DNA of 64,000 nucleotides from Phallusia mammillata (taxonomy: Eukaryota): the NCBI GenBank assembly GCA_965637545.1, contig OZ281494.1:24242001-24306000 (forward strand), given 5' to 3'. A model generated the notes under the pieces. It was not told the origin of the DNA. It searched no databases and saw nothing but the letters and a program-made list of their open reading frames with translations. Numbering within the stretch: position 1 is the first letter of the stretch; every line of letters begins with the position of its first letter. The position numbers and the translations under genes are program-made. This document shows positions 12,764-25,417 of this stretch, piece by piece.

Positions 12764-13133
12764 TTAGGGCATAATACATTAAACCTCACCCCAGCTGGAA
12801 TGTAGGCTATTCCAATGTGGCCGTGCTTTTACATTTACGAGAAAATATGTGGATAGGTGTATAACTTGTGTTCGATATATTAAATGACATTTTTTTCAGC
12901 ACAGTACTGGGCCGAGCAAGTCGCAGCGCTTAGATTGGTAGGCTAAACATTTTTTACTTACGTATTGATTCAACGAAAATCACCAAATGTAGGATATGTA
13001 TTCTGTCCTGATTGATAGTGTGAATTTTAAAATATATATGTCATGCATGTGGAATTCGTAACAGTAGCCACACAGCGATTATGTTGTAAGTTATATTGTA
13101 AGCTACTTGAGATGAACAACGAGGTAGTTTAAT

Positions 13134-13412
13134 ATAGTATTGTGTGCTACTTCAAATGGTAACTGTCTATAGAATTCTTTCTCATTTCCTTGCTTTTAAA
13201 CTAGCAAAAAAGGAATCGTCAGACTTTAAGTCACAGGCAGTTGAGCGGCGATATCTTATTTTAAACTAAGCTTATTTAAAAATGAATTAGATATCGTAGC
13301 TCAACTGCTTGTGACTGAAAGTCTGGCAATTCTTTTTCGCCAGTTCAACAGCAAGGTTAAATAAACAAAAATTGCACAGATAGTTACCATTTGAAATAGC
13401 ACACAGTACTAT
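13134..13412. mobile_element. Foldback MITE with ~35-bp TIRs and an internal inverted repeat
   Basis: ATAGTATTGTGTGCTACTTCAAATGGTAACTGTCT vs reverse complement of AGATAGTTACCATTTGAAATAGCACACAGTACTAT (3 mismatches); internal GTCACAGGCAGTTGAGC/GCTCAACTGCTTGTGAC. Confidence 0.75.
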
Positions 13413-15299
13413 AAGAAACTACTTCATCGTAGAGATTATCTCATCTAAGAGCTAATTGCTGCTCGTGGTAAGCGTACAATAGAAGTCGGCAACCCCTGGC
13501 ACAAATTTAACCTGTTACACTGCTTGTTTTCAGTTTCTATCATGCTGTTGTATTAAAGTTTACTCTATTTGCACAAAACACTTTGCTTTCTGCTTACTAT
13601 TACGATCACCTGGCACAAATCACTATTACCCACCAAAATGTTAGCACGCGAAGTCATTACCACATGAAAGTAACAAGTAAATCGGCAGTCGCCGTTGGAA
13701 AGGTTGCGAGCCCTGGCACACAACGTTAATTGAATTAATCTAACAACAAACTGCGCACAGACCAAAAAAAAATCCAATCAAGCAAAACGCCTTTGACCCC
13801 AAATGTAAGGGGTTAATGTTGACCGTTTTATCGGCTAAAGGGGAAGTACCCTCAGGGAGCAATCAGTTTTTCGTGTTGGTGGCCTCGTGTTGGTTTCTGA
13901 TTTGTCCCTGGGTAACTTTGCACCACTTTGGCGCGGTGTCCCCAACCAACGCCGTCTACAATAAATTGACACTCATTTTTAATGTAAATGGCAATTTTTC
14001 TTGTTGGAGGGAGGGAGAAAATAGCGGTCTTTTTTATGTCCTTCCGGATGACTATCACATCATTCAGCGTGACGTCACATCCAGACTTTGGGATAAAACT
14101 GTTTGCACTGAAAATATTAGTAAACCTTTTTTATGACATGGGTCGCACCATAGAGCACTAATACTAGAGGCGACACTCCTAAATATCGGCAGATCGGTCA
14201 CGCTTGGATGCTCCGGGTAAGATCGCCGATTTCCAGCAATGTACACTACAGTTTTAAGGCCAAAAGCTCAAAAGCTGTAAGTAGTGAGCTTAAAACGACA
14301 CTCGCGTGTCCCTGATTGTCATTAAACTAACTTGTCAGGGTTATTTATGTCTGTTATATGTATTATAATACCACAATCTGGAAAAAAATATCATGAAGGC
14401 AAAGTTGAAGATAGTGCACACTGTTTTTACGTGTAAGGTCTCATCAGTACAGCTGGTTACAAGACACTGGCCATACCGGGTAGCCACTAAAAATGTGACA
14501 TACGGAAACGTGAGTTCCGCTTACTTCAATATGGATGTACATAAAAATCACTTGGCAGTAACCAAAAATTGTACTTTCCAAGACAAAGTTTTAAATTTGG
14601 TAAATTCTGGTCCCAAATTTGTCTCAATTATTTCAAGGCTGATGTTTTCAAAGAACCTTTTCTACTTTTGTAACCCTGTAAGAGGTATGTTGTGGTTATT
14701 TATTTTGTTTAGAGCTGTTCTACCATTTTTTTTAATTCACTGAATTTTAGTACCTTTCCTTATGACATTTTTTTATCTGAGTTTTTTTGTGATTTAAACT
14801 ATGATTGCATAGCTGGAGACAGGTGGCGGTGTAAAATCCACACTGCATTTACTCCCAAGACTCCAAAAAGAGACACATTTTACTCTAGGACATGCAAAAA
14901 CTGTATGGTTTTTCAGAATCCTATTAAACCCAAGCAAATTACAAACCCCAACCTATAGCATATAATTACTACTTTCTTCAAACAACTGACATTTGTTGCC
15001 AATGTTATGACATTTACAGTGAAGGTTTTTTTGCAGTGTGCACCAGAACAAATCTATTATATTAAGACATTTACTCTTGGCAAACAAGCATGTAAATAAA
15101 TTCAAGAATGGAAATTTAACTGAAGACTTGAACAAAATGTGTATAGTAAAGGTTTTCAAAGGAGGGATTTCACATTGAACAAGAAGATAGAAAACAAATC
15201 ATTTCGCTTTTGAAGTGCAGTATTTTTTATTTTACTTGTATACATTGCGACCAAAAATATACACTATTTGGGCACATGTTTTTTTGTTGTTTTAAGACA

Positions 15300-15966
15300 G
15301 TTACATTAAGGTGGCCAATAAGTTTCAAATAAAATAGAGGTTGATGTTGACTTTTTAGACCACTTTTTGTTGAATTAAAAAAATTTAAAGTCTAAACTCC
15401 ATTGTGCAAGTAGAAATGTATCCTGAATACCATTTTGGCAAAGAGGTATGATAAAATTTCCTGGTGGACAACTTGGCACAAACCATTTTTTAGGTTTTTA
15501 TTTGACACAAAACAAATGGGTCCCCATGCACATCTGTGTTGCAAATTGTCTGCAGTATAAATGTTGGACAAATTAGTAGAAACAACTTGTTGCATTCCAA
15601 GAACTTCACATGCATTTTTTGCGAATTTGCGCATATTTTTTGTACAAAAGTTCTGGTTTGTTGTTTATTAAAGATTGCTGTATAGTTGATTGCATGAATG
15701 ACCTGCCGGCTGCAGACATCAGTACAAACGTCTGGTACATCTACTGATACACTTTTAGCTATTTTGCAGCAGTAGAATAGATATCTTCCACTTCTCGAGG
15801 TGATACATCGGTCTTGGTAGCAGTGAGACAACCTGTACGCTGTTCCTGGACATTCAACACTGGTTGCCCTGGTCTCTTGATCAATTTCAATAACAATTAG
15901 GTCGATTTTTCTCCTTAAGCATGTTGCTTCTTCTAAATTCATCTTATAGTACTTTTTGCATCGCAA
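15300..15966 (-). mobile_element. Possible decayed Tc1/mariner transposase remnant
   Basis: Broken frames give KRPGQP..., GPICFV...HQEIL...RIHFYLHNG, loosely resembling Tc1 RSGRP, GPLVFI, YQEIL and FQQDNA motifs. Multiple stops and frameshifts; weak by-eye similarity. Confidence 0.35.
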
Positions 15967-16579
15967 AAAAATAAGTACCGGCTGCTTGGCTTTTCATTTA
16001 TTAGTACAAACTTGGAAAAAAAGCTAAAACGTCCTATGCTATTAGAAGCAAAAACCAATGAAAATGGTCACGTGGCAACGGAGCATCCAAGCGTGACCAA
16101 TCTGCAGAGGTTGATCAGAAAAAAAGTGCCGCAATTCCTTGTTTGTCTATTTTTTTTGCAAAACTAAAACTGTGTTCCACAGAATGTAGTTGTTAAAAAT
16201 CTTATTGCTTCAAAAAATAGATATATTTGCTAAACAAGACAAGATATGATTGATTTCACGCTTGAGTGAACAATCAGTTACCTCTCTAGTATTAGTGCTC
16301 TATGGTCGCACCATTGTTAGCTTTATTGTTAAGGGTTTTTGATAATCGGGTCTAGGACAGTGGAACCTTTTGTGGACCGTGGCCCCCTAAAAGTAGCTTT
16401 TGGGCTTCGTGGCCCCCTTCAAGTAACCCTGTAGGACCTGTGGCCCCCTTAAAAATGTAAATAGCAATCACGTGTTGAAATTCCGTGCTAATTTCGGCTT
16501 TAAACAGGTCGAAGCTACGAAAAACACCCGTTGAGCATTGGAGTCTTTATTTAAAGCACTATTTAAAACTGTATGATAT

Positions 16580-17090
16580 AGGCAAGTCACTGCGCAGCAC
16601 AAAATTCAAGAGAATTTAACAGTACGACAGTCGGGAAGAACTTCCTACAACAGCAAAAGGGCTTGAAAACCCACGAAAAATGTCTCGCGACAAAACTAAT
16701 AAAGAAACAAGGAAACTCACAAGTCACGAAGCCCACTCTTAAATTATCATCGCCCAAACGGATTTTTTTAGTTATGGTTACACCTGAAATTGTAGCTGGA
16801 ATGCTGCCAAACGCGACAGGAGAGGAGCTAAAAAAAGGTGTGAAGGGCGCAAAATGTGCCAACGGTCAAATTCCGATTTAGTGGAAAACAATGTACCAAG
16901 AAGCAATTAAACAGGTAAAAGGTAAACGTGGACCTAACAAAAAGATGTGAAAAGGGATTATGGTGGAAAACATGAAAACCATACGTGAAATTAAGATAAA
17001 CGCGTTTTCGGTATGAGCACACACAGAAGACAACTTATGACAAACAAACTTGACTAATTTCAAACAAGGTGATAACGACACAAAAATGAT
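16580..17090 (+). repeat. Interspersed repeat with decayed coding potential, copy 1 (copy 2 inverted at ~31560-32125)
   Basis: Shared blocks GGCAAGTCACTGCGC..., ACAGTACGACAG...GGAAGAAC and CCTGA(A/G)ATTGTAGC.GGAATGCTG; both translate in part to TPEIVAGML...EELK.G. Family unassigned. Confidence 0.6.
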
Positions 17091-17140
17091 GGTAACAGTA
17101 TTATAACTTCAGTAGGTTTGAACTTAGGATAAGCTCGTGG

Positions 17141-17848
17141 CTATTGTGAACCTGTTGTTTCCTCAGAAGGTGTCGGCTCGGGTGAAGGTTGTGGAAAATC
17201 TGTGAGTTCTATAGGCACACATTGCTCCGAGTCATCACGACAATACCAAGGCATACAGCGACATCCAGGGGTACAATCAAACGAACAACTTTGAATTTTA
17301 CCTGCTGCTAAGGCGCTACAGGACAAATCGCTTGAAGCGCATGGAGAATGGTAAGCCTCGTTCTCAGGACAAACTTCGACTGTGTAAAAAGAAAATTTGA
17401 AATTAATTGTTTAATTACACAAAGTTTACAAGTTGAAATCTTTTTTCTGCATGAAGGGCAAATCCGCAATTTTAATACTGTTGTTGCCAGGCATAATTCA
17501 TAAACTGTCTTTCAACTGTCTTTGGTTGAGCAAAAGGACTACAACTTAAAGAAAATAAATGCAAACTAAATTTATGAAGGAAATCAAAACAATTTTCGAT
17601 TTTGAACGTTGTTTAGCATTAGATGTAAATCAGCACCTTTATACCGTTCTGTAAGTTTTAAGATAAAAAACGTAACGTCTTCTTTTTTAGATGCATATAT
17701 TTCGCTTTAACGTTGTCGTAAATATCTGCAGACACGCAGAAAAAAGTATTATTTACCTTATTCACAAACTAACAACAAATATTTTCTTACCTGGAGTCGC
17801 ACATAACAAGACGGAGGCTAAAACAGCTACGCAGTACAGAACCTTCAT
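17141..17848 (-). CDS. Secreted single-domain TIL-like protein (98 aa); exons 17848-17791, 17379-17141
   Basis: MKVLYCVAVLASVLLCATP-VEVCPENEAYHSPCASSDLSCSALAAGKIQSCSFDCTPGCRCMPWYCRDDSEQCVPIELTDFPQPSPEPTPSEETTGSQ*. CPxNE...GCxC...R...CVP is the TIL signature; phase-1 intron gtaaga/acacag. Confidence 0.85.
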
Positions 17849-19426
17849 GTCGCAGCTTTTGTTGAGTTTTAATTGCAAAGTTAGAGTGCAAACGATGCTT
17901 TGCTCAAACGCTTTGGTTTAGACATTAATACCGTTTGGGCCTTACTTATACCAACTCGTTTCTGGTTTTGGAAAACCCGCTGTCGTAAAGTTGACTCATC
18001 GGGTAAAATTAACATCTACGCGGTGTAACAAAGCCTGCTTTACCGAAACACTTTTGGTGAGACAAACCAGTTGTATTTGGACCTTGCAGACAATTTTAAT
18101 TTAATGATGTCTTCCGGCACTGATCATCAACATGTATTTCTGGCAATGTGTGAAGAAAATGTTTCTAAAAATTCCGTTGAGTACCGAAAATAGTTTTTAC
18201 ACGTTTGTAAAAATAACCACTAATAGCTATCAGCTTCAATTTTTAAGTTAAAAGTGCTGATTGAAGCTTTGTGCTTATTTACATAAATGACCGAAGGAAT
18301 CTCAAACAGTGAATATGGAATGTCATTAATTATGCACCCAATGAACATCAACATTCTTAATTGGTTTTCATGCAAACAGTGGAAATCTGCAAATTTCATT
18401 TTGAATTCAAATGTAGAGCCTGCATGCTTTATTTGCGTTGTATGACACAAGCTTACAAATACCAAATTTGTCTAGCTCCGGCCACATTAAATTTTCTTAC
18501 GTAGTTTTCAAAGGCACACATAAGCGAAATTGCCGAATAGCGTTTTCAAAAATACTTTTTCACGCGGCGGGAAAATAAATTTTAACCTACATATTTCAGT
18601 TTTCTTTTCTTCCTAGTGCTTTTTGGTGGCGACAAGATTGTAGTAAACGTCACCAGTCAAAATAGGCAATTTATTTTAAATTTTATTATCATAAGTATTT
18701 TGTATTCAATATAGTTTATAGTTAGATAGCTGCAAAACAATATCATACAATTTTAAACCATTTGTTCATCGCACCGAAGCCTGAAGCTACTATGGTTAAA
18801 TACTTGGGTTATATTACAATAATATTTTGAAGATGTGCCTATTTTTTCCATTTTTACACGAAATTCGTTGCATAGATTTTCCAATGTAATCAGAGTAGTC
18901 ATTGGTAAAAACGAAGGTAAAATACCTTACAGTATATATTCCTGAAATAGCCATATTTTTTTCAAACCCAATTTATATATTACGCAAAATAAAGGGTGAC
19001 TATAAAAATGTTTAACACTCATTGCCACAAAATATTGCCACCAAATTGTCACAAAAATTTTGGGGTCAAAATAAGAAGGTAATGCTGATTGTCTAAATTT
19101 GAGTAAGGTTCAACTGAGCTTTTCAAAACGGGGTCGAATTTCAGAGTGGTTCAGGTTCAATCTTAAATAAAATACGTATGATGCAGGGCTGACTTTACAC
19201 TGGGCTACATTTACGTCGTAATTTTACTTTAGTTAGTTGAATTTGCGGACCTAATGTGACAGGTATTTGCAAATATTATAAGCCCTGGCTCAAACTTTAA
19301 TTTCGGACCCGCTTACAACTGGGTATTTCTTGTTAGATTTTCACTTGGTTATAATACCTATTTTATGACTTTATTTGTACATTTAAACATGTTAAAAGTT
19401 GTAATCGACGCTTTTAACCTATATAT

Positions 19427-20116
19427 CAGGGGTTCTTAACCAGGAGTACATGTATCACTTGGGGGTACGAAGCACCAAAGCAAGGGGTACGACATACAGT
19501 GTGAAATTGTACAATATTTAGGCATATTTGCAGACTTCCCATACCGTCCTTATTTCTAAGATTTGTCCATATTTTGAAGGGCCATGTCCTAGAAAAGTTC
19601 ATTGTCCCTTTTTGTCTTATTTTCAACAATTGCTATAGTCAAATTCCTGCTACAAGTAGAAGTAAACCTAGACCCGACCTGTTGTGAGATGCACTTAGTA
19701 TTTTTTACGAACAACCAGTCGCTGAAACAGATTGTTTCTTTCCAAAATATATTGCAAATATTATGTCATGGCTCGTATAAATGCCAAGATTTGTTCCAAA
19801 ACATTGGTTTCGTTTCGCATAAACAATTAATTTTTCGGTTGTCCTTATTTTTGGTTTCAAGTCGATGGCAACCCTGCATATTTGTGAAGAACGCGTAACA
19901 AGATTCTTTGTTATATGTCTGACTGATTGTTGGTGTGCTTCAAATATTGTTGAACTTACAAGACTGTTTTAATGTATGCATTCAACGCGTAAGTTATAAA
20001 AGCACTGAGTTTAGTTACAATTTTATTTACTTCCGTCAGTCATTGTACACAGGGGGTATGAGAAAATTTCATGAAAGCTCAAAGGGTACCAGCTCTAAAA
20101 AGGTTAAGAAACACTG
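19427..20116. mobile_element. hAT-type MITE with a nested CAGGGTTGCCA-family fragment (~19538-19876)
   Basis: Imperfect TIR CAGGGGTTCTTAACC/GGTTAAGAAACACTG; the internal segment matches 41681-41924. No clean TSD. Confidence 0.6.
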
Positions 20117-20542
20117 CTACAAGTTACTTTAACCAGCCCACGGCATTCAGTTTTATTAACCCTAACGTTGAATTAATATATCGGAGAGACGGGTATGTAA
20201 CTCACTACGGGCCTAAATGAAATCCAAAGAAACGTAGCAAAAAGAGAATACAGGAAATCCGCCTCAGCTAAAGTGCGGTCACGTGATCCATTTTGCAGCT
20301 GCTGTTGTAATTGCAAAAGAGAAAGATAACAGGAAAAGAGGGCTTTAAAATCGTGAAACAGGACTCGCGCGCCAACACGATGAACGTAAAAACTGATGTT
20401 TTAATTGCAATTAGTTATCTGTTGCTTTTACACCCTGAACTACGGTTTTCATCAACATACCTACGTTTTACCGTTTTGGGCCATTCTCGTTTTTACCCTC
20501 TTGGTGTTATAAGAACGACTGTGTTGGGCAGCTAACATTACC

Positions 20543-20588
20543 CTGAAGAAGACGCCCCGTATATGACGTCGAAACGTCGGTTGACGTG
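20543..20588 (+). ncRNA. Hammerhead-ribozyme-like core, probably a degenerate Penelope-like element terminus
   Basis: CTGAAGA-A-[GACG ccccgtatatga CGTC]-GAAA-[CGTC ggtt GACG]-T-G. Core boxes and stems II and III are present, but N17=G and stem I is not evident. Confidence 0.45.
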
Positions 20589-20618
20589 TACATATTTTGC
20601 ATGCCGATATGCTGCGGT

Positions 20619-20682
20619 ATGAAGGTTTTATGTTTATGTTTTGCAGCTGTTTTAGTATCCGTGTTGGTATGTGTGAATAAAA
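20619..20682 (+). CDS. Orphan TIL-family signal-peptide exon (phase 1)
   Basis: MKVLCLCFAAVLVSVLVCVNK + A|gtaagaaaatatttg; homologous to the signal exons at 17848, 25360, 34037 and 40223. Downstream partner exon is unknown. Confidence 0.6.
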
Positions 20683-20944
20683 GTAAGAAAATATTTGCTG
20701 ATCATTTGTTTAATCTGAGAGGTAACTTAAACAGTAAATTTAATGAAACCCATACAAGCATAAAGTTTATGAACAAACATATCGTGTATGTAGAGAACCT
20801 CGCCAAAGGCAAAATCCAAACAGTTTGTTCGACCATGCAGAACGAATTTTACGCCCAACAATACATTTACATTTTGGTTAGATTTGTGGATACTAAGGAG
20901 TATGCTGAAAGAAAGTTGTGATAGCATAAAAAGTTACCGTTGTA

Positions 20945-23413
20945 ATGGTCAAAATGCCCAAACGATTTCGTCGCAACAAAATGCTTTTGTACTTTACTTT
21001 TCTGCTTAACCAGTCTGCTTTTACAACCCTGGAAGGTAAGTTGATTGTTTGGTTTTGGTTTTCTCAGCTTAACCTGTTGCTCGAGACATCTTGATTCAAT
21101 TACAAAATGTCAAAAAACAAGCATTCAATCTAAATTGTATGCTTAATTGTATCCTTTTATCAACGCAAACTCATTTAATGTGTAGTTTTTCCATTGTGTT
21201 TTTGACACAACGATGCTGTAACTCAACATGGCGTAGCTAGAGCTGCTAGACGTTTTGTATTTGCAGGCCTACAGAGCTCACTCAACCGTAGAAAAGGAAC
21301 AAATGCGCTAGCAGTGTTGTATGTGTGTATGTTCCTATCGGCACTTCTTCTACCATCGTTTGTTATCAGCAAATTCGGTTGCAAAAAATGCTTTCTAGGT
21401 TCCCTTTCTACATATGGGTTGTATATCATTGGTAAGTTGTAGACGTTTGTTCATGTTTGAAGTATAGTAGTTAATTCGTAGTTACAAAGCTTTTGTTAGC
21501 TGCAGCAAAGTTGTTTTTTGGGTTGTATAAACACAGCCATACCATATATTTGACTATAGTCAACACTAAATATTTCAATGAATGCAACGTCAGCTTTGAG
21601 AAAGTGGTCGTGCGGCCTTAACACGTTACAACACATAACATGCATAAGTAACACATGCATCCAAAATTTCTAAATTCGTCAATAACATATAATTTTGTTT
21701 CAGCGAATTTTCACCCTAGTTCATACACACTTATCCCAGCGGCAGCTTTGGTTGGTGTTGGGTCTGGAATCTATTGGCCTACAGCTTATGCCTACGTCAC
21801 TCGCATGTCTAGTCATGCGTCGCGAAACGACTTTGCCGAGTTTAAACGCATCAACAAGAACACGTTCGCAACTTTCTTTACGTTTGTGTACTGCTCTATG
21901 GTGGTTGGAAGTTCAGTCACGATTGTAATGTTGTTTACCGTTTCATCAATTAACGTTGCCTTCGGTTCAACATCAAACCACACTGCAGCAAACGTCACCG
22001 AACGAATGAACAAAACTTGTGGCTTGTTTGATGAGAATAAGTCACCACCAAATAATGGGACAGTCATGAATATAAGCAATTTGACCCTTTATATTATTCT
22101 GTCTGGATTTTTTCTTCTCAATGCAACATCGATGGTGTTAAGCTCTTGTTTAGACGATTATTCCGAAAATATCACATCCGCCGCAAAACTGGAAGCTGCT
22201 CAATTTTCGTCTGGCTTAAGTGACGAAGAAAATAACCACGTCGCTTTAGACGATAATTCATTGCCTGTTATGCAAGAGCAAAATACTGAAGAAGACGAAA
22301 TAAGCAAAAAGAAAAATCCGTTTGGGCTCCTTAGAGAAACATTAAAGCTTCTGTCCAGCGATCTTATTGCGATATTGTTGCTACCACACACCATCTACAT
22401 TGGCATGGGCCAGGCTTTCTTAAGAGGAACATACTTCGGTAACTGGATTTCTTGTCACTTTGGTGAGTACTGCTTGCTTTGATGCGATGGCAAGCTTTTT
22501 CACGTGTTTGATGTATGCCAGGGTGCTTAAACTATAACTTAATGGCCTTGTGTCGGAAATTCCAAATTTATCAATCAGTTTCGTATAGTCTGATAGTGTA
22601 ATGCGGGACTGAAGTATGAAAACACAACTCAAAATAATTTCTACGTTAATGTCTTAATTTTAACTAGCTGGGGAATGTTTTACTTTTTGTTCTTTGTCAA
22701 AATTCGCGAAAGAGCAAGCGACGCCCATGGTCCTCCGGTTGAAAACCACTGCCTTAAGGAATACATTATATCAAATTCGTTTCATTTCGTGGGAAACATA
22801 AAATGACTGAACAGTTTAATTTGCACAGTGGGTCACACTACATGTGTCTTATACAGAAAACCATTCAACGCATGTTTCTCAAATCTTTACAAATCTTATT
22901 TGTGTACTGTTTCCGCAAATAATTCATCGTTTTTCTTTTGTTGCAGGAATATATTACGTGTCGTACATGATGCTTGTCTTTTCCACGACTTCCCTGTTAA
23001 CCAGCTATGCATCCGCAAAACTGCTGGCTCTATTTAATCATCGCGTATTGTTTGGCATTTCAGTGTTCTTGCAACTGATTGTTTTAATTACCTTGCTACT
23101 GTGGCAGACCAGCAACATCGCTTGGCCTTTCTTTCTCCTCACTATTGCACTCGGAGTTAGCCGGTCTTTGCTTAGAACTCAAACTCCCACTTTGTTTGCT
23201 ACCTTTTTTCCCCACAAACAAAATCAGGCAGCATCCTTGCAATCGTCTTCTGAAGCCCTCGGCAAATCAATATCCTTTGGCCTTATGTCCTTTCTCCTGC
23301 CCATATCTTTAGTCGTAGTTGTACTTGTGATGTCGTTACTCGCATATCTAATGGTGAACGTCTGCACACTGATCCGGGACAAACCGTTTCGAAAGATTAG
23401 GTGCACGAAGTAG
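20945..23413 (+). CDS. UNC93-like major facilitator superfamily membrane protein (493 aa); exons 20945-21035, 21267-21431, 21704-22462, 22947-23413
   Basis: Phase-consistent 1482-nt model. Motifs SAFTTLEGLQSSLN, LLLPSFVISKFGCK, ANFHPSSYTLIPAAALVGVGSGIYW, the NKTCG loop and LLLPHTIYIGMGQAF match the UNC93A/UNC-93 family; many hydrophobic segments. Exact orthology not determinable. Confidence 0.88.
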
Positions 23414-24532
23414 ACTCATTGAACTAGAGTTGTCAGTCACCAGATGCAGGCCGGGATCGACCTGGGTTCGGGCTTAGGTATTTTAAACAAATGAGCTTAA
23501 ATAGGGAACTGACTTAACATAGGCTACTGAGTCATAATTTAAAAACAAAATCACCTAGCTAGTTTGCTGGACTTAACCTTATGACCCCAAAACATCAAAC
23601 CTCTTGTTTAAGCCATTTTCTATTACTGTATGTTGTATGTGTCTTTTTTATTATACTCTGCACTCTTTGTACGCTTTTAATTTACAGACATGTCAACCAA
23701 ACTTTTTGGCCCAAATGGGCTTCCCAAAACGATTCGAATTTGGGGTGGGTTTGGGTTTCAATTCCAAGCACGCTTATAACTCTACGTTGAGCTGCTGGAA
23801 CAATTTATTCAAAATTTGATTATCATTAGGAATTTGTATTCAATGAAGTTCAGTTGGATAAGCTGCAACACCATATCATTTAACTTTGAATTGTATCTAA
23901 CTTATTTTTACCACGATTCGTTTATTGCACCGAAGCATGGCTACTACGGTTATAAATAAACTTGGGTTTCATTGCAATAAAATTTCCAAGACATGCCTAT
24001 TTTTGCTTATTTACACAAATCTTCGTTGTATTTTCCAAAACCGTAATGTATTCGCTGTCGTTATTGCTGACCACACAATTTTGAGCGGGATAAAATAACG
24101 ATAGTAAAAATAATTTACATCATGTAATCTCAAAATAGCATAGTATTTTTGAACCTGAGTTATATAGCACGCGTAGTAGAATGGCCAAAATTATAGAGTA
24201 GTCATAAATCTGCACAAGTTTTACATCGGCTTTTATAATTAGAGGGGCAAAACTTGTTTTTCACACCAGTTTGTCTTTAAGATTTGTTTTCTCGCCTTTA
24301 TATGCAGGTAAAACAATTTGACATTTCTTATTTCGTGTTACAAAATTTGAAAATGGCTTCCTTTGATTAAGAAAATTAAATTTCTTTTCACAAAATGACA
24401 AAATTTTACAAAAACCTGGGTAAAAAAGTTCCAACTTAGTTCTTGCTCAGTTTTTCTTGCCAGATCATTTAAAGACAAGCAAAATAGTCGTTAGTGTTAA
24501 AAACTTACAAAAGAAATTACAATGTATTAAAT

Positions 24533-25032
24533 CAGGGGTGTGCAACCTTTTTCGGCGGTGGGCCATATAACCAATTTCGGACATCAAGCGAGGGCCACAC
24601 AGTTTTTTTCATGTACCGTATTTACACTTTTTTACACTACTGTTTGTGCGGCTTGCATTATAATATCATGTCGATATTATTTCCACACCCCTGCGTTTTG
24701 TTTTATTTTGCTTTTAAAATCAACTTTAAAATGTTAGGTGCAAGTAGGTTTCGTCGCAACACTGCCTTTCACAACAAAGTAATTGTTTACTGGACAAAGA
24801 GGTATATTACGTCACATTCGGTATAGATACGCAACAAGCACCTAGTGCGAATAGAAGACCATAGGTCTGGGTGTATTAAGTTTCATGCGCTGGTTTAGCT
24901 TATTCTTGTTACGTATAGCAACTTAGGAGATTTACCGAAAACTAATCAGAGAATCAGAGTGTTGTTGAGGGCCACACTAAATGGCTTGGCGGGCCGGATT
25001 GTGGCCCGCGGGCCGCGGGTTGCACACCCCTG
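24533..25032. mobile_element. hAT-type MITE (500 bp)
   Basis: Perfect 15-bp TIR CAGGGGTGTGCAACC/GGTTGCACACCCCTG; 8-bp TSD TATTAAAT on both sides. Confidence 0.95.
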
Positions 25033-25359
25033 TATTAAATACTTTTTGGGTTTGTACTATCATTACTTTTTTACAAATTCAAAGGAAATTGTTTACTGGG
25101 CGAAAATCAGTTGTTATCCATGTGACGTAAACCGCTTGTTCAAACTTCGGTAATCTTGAAATGTTAATTTTAATCGATGCGTCGTTGCGGTTATGTACGA
25201 GTTTAATGCGGATTGAGTTGGCGGTTTCAAATTTTCCAAAACCATAATCTATTCGCTATTAAGTATCGCTCAAACGCTTGTGAAGTTCACAATCAAAATC
25301 AAGAGTTTATTTCACAAAAACGCTAACTTGGCAACTTAAACCCAACAGAAGGCTGCGAT

Positions 25360-25417
25360 ATGAAGATTTTTTGCTGTGTCACTGTTTTAGGCTCTTTGCT
25401 GTTATGTGTAAATACAG
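25360..25417 (+). CDS. TIL-family signal exon (alternative first exon or orphan)
   Basis: MKIFCCVTVLGSLLLCVNT + G|gtaaga; 58 nt, phase 1. Confidence 0.65.

Larger units (their letters stand above)
2500..13150. repeat. Large imperfect inverted duplication; arms ~2500-6610 and ~9730-13150
   Basis: By-eye reverse-complement matches: 2520-2790 vs 12900-13140; 3400-4600 vs 11280-12830; 5740-6610 vs 9730-10690. A direct partial copy occupies 6760-8950. Boundaries are approximate. Confidence 0.75.

Noticed and set aside
14188-16106. 27-bp inverted repeat pair (GCAGATCGGTCACGCTTGGATGCTCCG / CGGAGCATCCAAGCGTGACCAATCTGC)
   Set aside because: May be subterminal repeats of an old element, but I could not define ends or a TSD.
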